This document shows, piece by piece, positions 54,683-64,000 of a DNA stretch of 64,000 bases (its first letter is position 1; every line of letters starts with the position of its first letter). Position numbers and translations under genes: made by a program. The stretch is from contig NW_018408440.1 of assembly GCF_002113885.1 (NCBI RefSeq), positions 1,458,016 to 1,522,015 of the forward strand, given 5' to 3'. Origin of the DNA: Mizuhopecten yessoensis. Taxonomy: Eukaryota. The notes below the pieces were generated by a model. The model was given only the letters and a program-made list of their open reading frames with translations. It did not search any database and had not been told where the DNA came from.

Positions 54683-55384
54683 ATAATTCAAAGTTTAAAC
54701 TGGCAAAATATGAACAGAGGCATGTTAACACGGAGACCTGTCACTAACGAAAAAGGAGAATAAGACCAGGTGTTCCGGAAGGGTTAGCCTCTTCTGCTTC
54801 ATTGACGACACCAGCCATGCAAATCTAAGTACAATCCAAGTAATTGCATATCATCACATAGAGAACTCGGGTAGTGGTAAAAAACTGCAAGGTACTCTAA
54901 TTAGAGTAATGTAAACCGTCGATTTTAATTATATCAAACAAAGAAGTTGTATAGATCCCCACAAACGTACATACGTGTCGTTATGTGATGTCTTATTGAC
55001 ATTTAGTCTACGTCACTCCTCCTCCCATTGTAACATACAGTGAATAATAGTTGTGATATTAGAACACCATATTTGGTGACATGACCACCATTATGACGTC
55101 ATCGATGTGATTGCGATAATAATATATTTGTTTTTTCTAAATGTTTCTAAGACTTTCATGAACTCGTGTTAACGGTATAAATGTTTAATGATCTAGTATG
55201 CTTGGCTGTATTGAATGTGTCAATAATAGCAATGTGAGTTATAAAATCAAAACACCATTTGCTTAATTATTCATTGTTGAAGTAAGATATTAATTGTTTG
55301 AATCAAACACTATTGAATCTATATATACGTCATGAAGTTAACGCTTGAGTTGACGCGGGAGATATTTGTCTCGCAAAATATTAT

Positions 55385-55912
55385 AATCTGTTAGTCGATC
55401 ATCCTCTGTCCACCATTACACATGTTGTAATCAGCTAGTCGATCATCCTCTGTCCACCATTACACATGTTATAACCTGTTAGTCGCTCATCCTCTGTCCA
55501 CCATTTCACATGTTGTAACCTGTTAGTTGATCCTCCTCTGTCCACCATTAAACATGTTGTAACCTGTTAGCCGATCATCCTCTGTCCACCATTACCCATG
55601 TTAAAACCTGTTAGTCGATCCTCCGCGGTCCACCATTACACATGTTTTAACCTGTTAGTCGATCCTCCTATGTCCACCATTACACATGTTATATCCTGTT
55701 AGTCGATCATCCTCTGTCCACAATTACACATGTTATAACCTGCTAGTCGATCATCCTCTGACCACCATTACACATGTTGTCACCTGTTAGTCGATCCTCC
55801 TCTGTCCACCATTACACATGTTGTAATCAGCTAGTTGATCATCCTCTGTCCACCATTACACATGTTATAACCTGTTAGTCGATCCTCCTCTGTCCACCAT
55901 TACACATGTTGT
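55385..55912 (+). repeat. 44-bp minisatellite, about 12 copies
   Basis: ACCTGTTAGTCGATCATCCTCTGTCCACCATTACACATGTTGTA. Confidence 0.95.
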
Positions 55913-55974
55913 GGTTACGGTAACTCTCGTGAAGTGTTGTCAACTATTTCTGTAACTTTACCAGTGCGAGATTA

Positions 55975-56545
55975 CATAAACTTGTTTTTGTTGTAGAAAT
56001 GTCTTTTTCTGTTTAAACAAATAATCTTGTTTTTGTTGTAGAAATGTCTTTTTCTGTTTAAACAAATAATCTTGTTTTTGTTGTAGAAATGTCTTTTTCT
56101 GTGTAAACAAATAAACTTGTTTTTGTTGTAGAAATGTCTTTTTCTGTTTAAACAAATAATCTTGTTTTTGTTGTAGAAATGTCTTTTTCTGTTTAAACAA
56201 ATAAACTTGTTTTATTGTATAAATGTCTTTTTCTGTGTAAACAAATAAACTTGTTTTATTGTAGAAATGTCTAATATTGTGTAAACAAATAAACTTGTTT
56301 TTTTGTAGAAATGTCTATTTCTGTGTAAACAAATAAAATTGTTTTGTTGTAGAAATGTATATTTCTGTGTAAACAAATAAACTTGTTTTATTGTAGAAAT
56401 GTCTATTTCTGTGTAAACAATTAACTTGTTTTATTGTAGAAATGTCTATTTCTGTGTAAACAAATAAACTTGTTTTATTGTAGAAATGTCTTTTTCTGTG
56501 TAAATAATTAAACTTGTTATATTGTAGAAATGTCTTATTCTGTGA
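55975..56545 (+). repeat. ~45-bp minisatellite, about 13 copies
   Basis: CTTGTTTTTGTTGTAGAAATGTCTTTTTCTGTTTAAACAAATAAT. Confidence 0.95.
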
Positions 56546-58034
56546 TCACGATATCACGCAGTGTGTATACAACCTACACAAAACCAGGATATACAATCAC
56601 TATGTAAGCGGAGTATGAATGCAGCTTTCCTTAACGTCTTTTTTCATCAATTCATTATAAATGTATTTCACGGGATACAGTATTCTATTGAAAAAACATT
56701 CAGGAGGGCAAGCTATTCATGTAAATGGATATATTTATCAGATGTGACTGGTGTAATGTCTATCAGATTTGATCCGTGGTCTGTGACCGGGAGGTTATGT
56801 TTCCATAACAACTCTGCGGATAATGGCGGCCGAGGGGAAGCTACACGCCTATCCAATATCACACGGGTCAGGAGAAACAGTAGGAACCTAATTGTACGAC
56901 AGACACGGATCAAATTTGTCGCAGCGGTTCGCTCAAGAGGCCTATTCCCGCCTAGGACCGAACATTCTACCCCTACTCACGAACATCCGAGACTGCCTAA
57001 CGTCCTCGGGTGTCGATTTGGCAGTGTCTTAACAATTGATGGCATGACCAGGAGCAAGAATTGTGTGATAAAACATAAATGGACAAAATTCCAGCAGTAT
57101 CTTTTAGATCTCAGCGTGGTACATATATACACCAGTGATATATATATCTTTGGGCATTGCATGATCTAATGAGTTTAATAGACAGCTTCGCGAGCAGTGT
57201 TACACGATATCCTGTACTATATTACAAACATACACAATAACGACAATATTGTACACATATGCAAATGAAATGTTTCATAAACATGCGTGATTAATGGTTT
57301 ATCACGTTAAGAAGTTTCACTTTTCCGCGCCTCATAAATAACGACAAACTGGCTATATCTGTGGTATCAACATTACACAGAGCGTTGAACTGGAGCGGTC
57401 GCACTTGGCAGGAATCCACCTGACGATTTTGGGAAGCTGAGTAATGTAAGTACTTATAGACGAATTGTTAATGCCATATGTCTAATTAACCAACTGGTAT
57501 CTGTTGTCGGACAAATGCGCTGTTACTGACCATAGATTAACTAATCGACAGTATCCACCAACGTTCACAATCAAAAGTTATATATTTAATTTCATACTTA
57601 GATATCTCCGATGATAAACTTAACAGCTTTCGTTGGTTATAATTCATACTTAATGAATATCACATTGCAAAAGAGCCCTCACGATTAAAAGTTATTTCTG
57701 AAACAATTTAATCATAATCTATTTGGTGATACACTTTGAGATGCTTCTGCCTTAAATTTGTTCTCGTTGTAGTTATCAAATTAAAGGACTGTTAAGTCAA
57801 GTAAAGCACAATAAATTAACTATAAAAATATTCATCATAATACTCAAACTTATTATTATACATTCATACAATTCAAAGGGAGTGGGAGAACATGTTTTGA
57901 GCTGTAATAGATTTCTCTCAAAACTTTTGTCATAATACAAATGCAGAAATACCATTTCGTCGACACATAGACAAAATGACAAAATATTTATTTATACGCG
58001 ATTCAATACACATCAATGAACACACGATACAATC

Positions 58035-58325
58035 GGTTTGGTTGTTGTATTAGGTTTTACGTCCTAATACATTAAAAGTCGAATGAGGACGTGCCCCCAT
58101 GTGTGGATGTGTGCTAGATACAGGGTATGTAGATGTATTTGCCTCCTCGCGATAGCATGGATCTGATACCGATTTGAGAGTGCTTCCTCACTGAAATACC
58201 ATGCCGAAGGCAACCATCACAGCGTTCTGCAAGGTCACATTATACTGACAATTCGTAAACAAGTTGAGCAGGGAATAGCAACTACCATATTCAAAGACTT
58301 TGGTATGTCCGGCTTTAACCCAAAC
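58035..58325 (-). mobile_element. SINE, same family as 13191-13490
   Basis: Shared ATTTGCCTCCT.G.GATAGC..GGATCTGAT.CCGA.TT...AGTGCTT.CT.ACTGAAATACCATG. Confidence 0.65.
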
Positions 58326-58699
58326 AAATAACACAACGCTTNCCCCACCCCCATCTTTAGGTAGGGAAAAAATCAACCACAGTCTCTATATACGGAGACA
58401 AAATGTGATAAATTGTTAGCACTCTAGGACAAGACAAAACGAAGAACAACACATACACACAATAGATAACATGTCAACACATATGGGCAAAATAAACCAC
58501 AGGGGCAATACGCAGCAACCCAATATGCTATAGCGCACTAATGAACATTGTCAAAGACATAGAACTTCATTTTGTAAAAAAAAAAGAAGTTGAATATATT
58601 CTAATGAGATCATAATGGTGACTTTTTAAAACATGCCCCATAGTCCTTGGCAACCCGTATCTCCCGATACTACTGATGTAAATCTGACCGTTAAAACAC

Positions 58700-60400
58700 T
58701 GATTTAGTAAGGTACAACGTATAATGTATGGTAATGTAGTGATTCTAAAAGTCAAATGTCCTGATCGAAAAACACTTTTTGAGGAGAGGAGGCTCAAGAT
58801 TGAGCAAAAGATCTTTTGAGTTCTTTAGAATCAACATCCTATACATCCCACATCTGGTTCATTGTCTCCTTACGACTGTAACCCTAGTCCAATAGCAGAA
58901 GGAACATGGTAGTCAGAAACCCTAATCCAATAGCAATAGAACATGGTAGTCAGATCCTTACGACTGTAACCCTAGTCCAATAGCAGTAGGAACATGGTAG
59001 TCAGATCCTTACGACTGTAACCCTAGTCCAATAGCAGTAGGAACATGGTAGTCAGATCCTTACGACTGTGACACTAGTCCAATAGCAGTAGGAACATGGT
59101 AGTCAGATCCTTACGACTGTAACCCTAGTCCAATAGCAGTAGGAACATAGTAGTCAGATCCTTACGACTGTAACCCTAGTCTAATAGCAGTAGGAACATG
59201 GTAGTCAGATCCTTACGACTGTACCCCTAGTCCAATAGCAGTAGGAACATGGTGGTCAGATCCTTACGACTGTAACCCTAGTCCAATAGCAGCAGGAACA
59301 TGGTAGTCAGATCATTACGACTGTAACCCTAGTCCAATAGCAGTAGTAACATGGTAGTCAGATCCTTACGACTGTAACTCTAGTCCAATAGCAGTAGGAA
59401 CATGGTAGTCAGATCCTTACGTCTATAACCCTCATCCAATAGCAGTAGAACATGGTAGTCAGATCCTTACGACTGTAACCCTAATCCGATAGCAGTAGGA
59501 ACATGGTAGTCAGATCCTTACGACCGTAACCCTAATCCAATAGCAGTAGGAACATGGTTGTCAGATCCTTACGCCTGTAACCCTAGTCCAATAGCAGTAG
59601 GAACATGGAAGTCAGATCCTTACGTCTGTAACCCTAATCCAATAGCAGTAGGAACATGGTAGTCGGATCCTTACGACTGTAACCCTAGTCCAATAGCAGT
59701 AGTAACATGGTAGTCAGATCCTTACGACTGTAACCCGAATCCAATAGCAGTAGGATCATGGAAGTCATGTCCTTACGACTGTAACCCTAGTCTAATAGCA
59801 GTAGGAACATGGTAGTCAGATCCTTACGCCTGTAACCCTAGTCCAATAGCAGTAGGAACATGGTATTCAGATCCTTACGACTGTAACCCTAATCCAATAG
59901 CAGTAGGAGCATGGTAGTCAGATCCTTACGACTGTAACCCTAGTCTAATAGCAGTAGGAACATGGTAGTCAGATCCTTACGACTGTGACACTAGTCCAAT
60001 AGCAGTAGGAACATGGTAGTCAGATACTTACGACTGTAACCCTAGTCCAATAGCAGTAGGGACATGGTAGTCAGATCCTTACGACTGTAACCCTAATCCG
60101 ATAGCAGTAGGAACATGGTAGTCAGATCCTTACAACTGTAACCCTAGTCCAATAGCAGTAGGAACATGGTATTCAGATCCTTACGACTGTAACCCTAATC
60201 CAATAACAGTAGGAACATGGTAGTCAGATCCTTACGACTGTAACCCTAGTCCAAAACCAGTAAGAACATGGCAGTCAGAAGTTTGCTTAATAACTTGGTT
60301 GAGCAGGTACCAGAGGAAGGGATAAACAGGTTTTCAATAAGGATTCTAGTGAAGTTAAGGTAATGAAAAAAAAAACAAGGAAGGACCTTGTATTGACATT
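58700..60400 (-). mobile_element. Penelope-like RT remnant split by a satellite derived from it
   Basis: Minus strand: P*LH*NPY..FIPSSGTCSTKLLSKLLT [array] ..NQMW..SKEL..SIRTFDF..Y.TI, matching the PLE RT pattern PKLHKNPY..FIAGS..CSTKPLSKLLT..GLQ..NQMW..NSKEL..SIKTFDFSTLYTTIPH. Confidence 0.75.
58869..60280 (+). repeat. 51-bp satellite, about 27 copies
   Basis: CCTTACGACTGTAACCCTAGTCCAATAGCAGTAGGAACATGGTAGTCAGAT. Confidence 0.96.
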
Positions 60401-61009
60401 CAAAAGGGAGTCTCCTGAAAAACGTCTTTCGAAGGTGACAGTTGGTATAGGCATAGCGACGATGCTGAATATCTTGTTCCTACACATGGCTTTATCATTC
60501 TGTTATTTAATATCTATTATCATATATATATTTAACAGATCCCCCGTAAAAGTGTAAGAGGCATCATTTAAATTTTCAAATAGCACATGATGATAATTGC
60601 AGTAAAAATTGACGCATTGCACTTGGATATTATTCGTATATCTGTTTTTTGATTAACAATCATAACTCCATTTCAGAGAGGAAAATGGGCAAATATATTC
60701 TAACGTCATGATGCGAGGAACATTATCATACACAATCTCGACATGATGTAGATTTTGTGAATGTTTTATCTGTTACCCGCCGAAGTAATCTATCAAATTT
60801 TCAAATGTAATTGTATGACTGCATTATAGTTCTGTTAAGTGTGATGTATCTAGTTTTATTACAAATGTGAACATATTCATATTAAGAATCAAATAAGAAT
60901 AAAAAATAGATGTACACTATAATGTTACATTTAAACATGTTCAAAGTTACAGTATCTATACAGCAGAAATGGCATCTAAGTGTGTAAACTGAAACCTCAT
61001 ACACACATT

Positions 61010-61660
61010 CGAAGTTAACTAACGCCATCAGTTTAACAAGAGTGGGTTAATAATAACCTTATAGTTTTCACTCAGTTAAACACTAGTGGGTAAACTGCAA
61101 TTTCATAATTTAAACAACACTGGATAAACAATGTCATTTTCTCAGTTAAACAATAGTTAGTAAACTCATCCAACAATCTAAACCTCGCTCGATAACAACG
61201 TAATTCTATCAGTTAAACCATAGTTGTTATAGCTATAATCTGATACTTGTTCATCAGTTTAACACTAGTTGGTAAACTCTTACCGTATAAACTTCATTAG
61301 TTAAACAAAAATTGGTTAACTATCACTAATACTAAATCATACTGGATAAACAGTGTATCTTCATCAGTTAAACAATTGTTAGTTAGCTATAATTGTATTA
61401 TTTTCTTTTGATAAACAAAAATGGACGAACACAAAATTAATAATCTAAACCTTGCTCAATAAACAACGTCATGTCATCAGTTAAACAAAAGTTGTTATAA
61501 CTATAATCTAATAATTTTCCATAAGTTGAACAATATTTGGTAAACTCTAATCGTAGACCTTTCATCAGTAAAACACAAGTTGGTAAAATATAACCAATAA
61601 TTTAAACCATACTTGAGGAACTATATAGTTTAACCAGTTAAAAAACAGTTGGTAATCCAT
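61010..61660 (+). repeat. Old degenerate tandem repeat
   Basis: Recurring CATCAGTTAAACA...GTTGGTAAACT motifs. Confidence 0.6.
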
Positions 61661-64000
61661 TATCTAACAAGATTAATACAAGATTATTTTCACTAATGAA
61701 AAAAATACATATACAAAACTCGTTAGATTTAATAACATTACTTGGTGTTAGCCAAACCACAGTTAAAATGAGAGAAAATGCTGCAAATAATTAAATTTCC
61801 CTACTGATTTGTCAATAGTTTATGTCGAAGGATCATAAAAGTATCTACCTTATGTATGTCTTCAAATGTATAAATTGGACGGTCATGATATCTTTGGAAA
61901 CACAAATTATAGTGATTCCAGCTTCACGGATTTATCTCAATATGACTTGTGTCAGTTATGTGTAGATAATCGCAGGGGTTTCTAAGAAAGCATACAGTTT
62001 GTTTATCGGCTTTTATAAGCCCAAGGTGTCCATAAAAATCCATTTTAGAATGTTTCATATCATTTTTCAATACAATATTTAATTTCGAAACTCGTAGATA
62101 AGTATAAGATATTTATATTTACTCATTCACAAACATCTCAGGTTCAGTAAAACGAATATAAGTCTACGGTGCCTGTAAACATTCATTCTCGAATATTAAA
62201 GTTAGTGTTTCAGAAATGATATTTGATATCGACACTTTATGGATAATTATCAGACCTAAACACGCCATCTCAGGTTCAATAAAAGGAATACCAATTATTG
62301 TTGCCGATCAAAGACTTGCCTATGATACGTATCTTTATAATGACAGAGTAACAATAAAAATACTGCCGAATTAAACCCAAAGCAACTTTCATTATCTTAA
62401 CGACATATCAAATTGCACATATTTAACCTCAATTTGTATACAAAATTAGTCTGTTAGTGGTTTCGTCTGAATTCCGTCGATCTGGATCCTAGAACATTTT
62501 CAATTTTGATAAATAACAACTTGAAGGAACTAATAACTAATACGCATATAAACATATACATTATATGTGACTAGACCGGATCTTTTAGGTATATTGATAA
62601 TGTTTTCTTTAATGTACTTCGAGTTTGATTAAAATAGAAAATAAAAGTCGTTATATTGCAGTACACCATGCTTTAGCTAGTGTAAAAAAGTCTGATGATA
62701 TGACAAAGTTACTGTAATAAAAATCTCCACCAGGCTCTTTACTAAAGCATAACTCAAATAACGAGACACTACACAGTACACGTGTCAATGGTTGTAAACA
62801 ACATAAATACAAAGACAGTGATTCATCAAATAAAGGAGTGGCTTGAAGTTTAAGATGAATGCTTTGTCGAATCAATTTCTTGGCATTCTGATATATTGTG
62901 TATCTTCTTGATTAATAAATAAAGATTGAACAATGTGACAAATAGATCTAATTTAAGTTGATTTTCAATGCAAACATACAACCGTTTCCTTCTAATGATG
63001 TTCACATTTCACAATACATTTGTTATTCCAATGTCTGTTCTATGTAAATCAATTTTGGGATTATTTTTTTGTATATATGCGTCATTTTGGCCACTAAATG
63101 AATTATCCAATGTTTCCATCAGAGACAAGTCAAACGACGTAGAATATATGCACGTTTATCATTATGGTCTGATTTTAACCTGTGATAAACGTTTATTAAT
63201 TAATTGTTCACATTGTCTTAGCTCGTGACCTAAATACTTCCCTGGATTAATCGAGTCCTAGAAGTAGTGCAGTAATAGCCAGACGGACCACCTGCCGTAA
63301 CCACTACTGTTTCAGGACGTTATTGGTATCTTCGTTTTAAGCTGTCGTGTCTGCCCAGTTCGGTTGGTTTATATCGAGTGTGGTCGAGCGGTTAAGGTGT
63401 TCTACTGTATACCATTCCTTACTAACAAATTCCAAGTGTGTTTTTTAATAATGGGTCTTGTTGACCAATCCAATACTTACCACGAGTTTCCCACAGGCAG
63501 ACTTCAGAATCTAAGCTAAACTTTACTCAGTGCGTACATAAATGCCATGTGCCGATCACATCTGATGCAAAACAAACTGACAGTCCCAGAACATATGTTT
63601 TAGATCCAACTTTTATAAAGTTGGGGTAAATGACGTTTTTCATTTTTTGTTGGCTTTTGGGATCCTCTGCTTGCATTTTTGTTAAATTGTTTTTTGCATT
63701 GTGTATATGTTTTGTTCAAGTGTTTTTTTCAACATCAGATTTTGAACAAGATCTTCATTCCTTCCTCCTCCCCACCCTTTTTAGAAGTATAGCGATACCA
63801 TCTATCAGGCACTTTTGATAGGAATGTTTATCTTGGGTGAAGTGTGCTGTAAGTGAAACTGTAAGTCTCCATATTCTATATTGGTTCATAAATATTTTTC
63901 AACCTCAATTAATTTTACGTGCATTTTTTTTTTAAAATAACACAATTGATAAAAAAAAAATCGTCAGCAAATCCTAACAGAGTGTTTTTTCATGAAAATT

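Noticed and set aside
56561-57169. 202-aa ORF
   Set aside because: Non-ATG start, no recognisable domain and no supporting splice structure.
57380-57452. Possible non-coding first exon of a downstream gene (GTAAGT at 57447 after a CpG-richer stretch)
   Set aside because: No downstream coding exon identified in the window; cannot be supported without RNA data.

Overview
AT-rich, intron-containing animal genomic DNA. The repeat families suggest a mollusc, probably a bivalve (inference). Two spliced + strand genes were reconstructed by hand, with GT-AG junctions and consistent phases. (1) An 8-exon, 632-aa secreted glycoprotein (4253-10211) whose motifs (PPDFDDT, NNVDVTVAAN, YYPS, C-terminal FWSS..T.A...AL) resemble the DxDD-type class II terpene cyclase / prenyltransferase beta-domain. 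(2) The trifunctional purine enzyme GART (GARS-AIRS-GART), with 20 coding exons and 996 aa (15709-43512). The most striking structure is inside GART: four separate tandem arrays, each a direct amplification of an exon 3' end together with its splice donor (three) or stop codon (one). One array has about 77 copies of the real donor, and a fifth array amplifies an acceptor polypyrimidine tract. One junction-derived array hosts two LINE retrotransposons whose 3' ends rejoin it in the same register. The rest of the window is mobile and repetitive DNA: a Tx1/L1 fragment, a dead Tc1, Helentron-type non-autonomous elements, SINEs, MITEs, Crypton-like remnants, Penelope remnants (one seeding a 51-bp satellite) and several minisatellites. 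All coordinates were counted by eye and no database searches were run.
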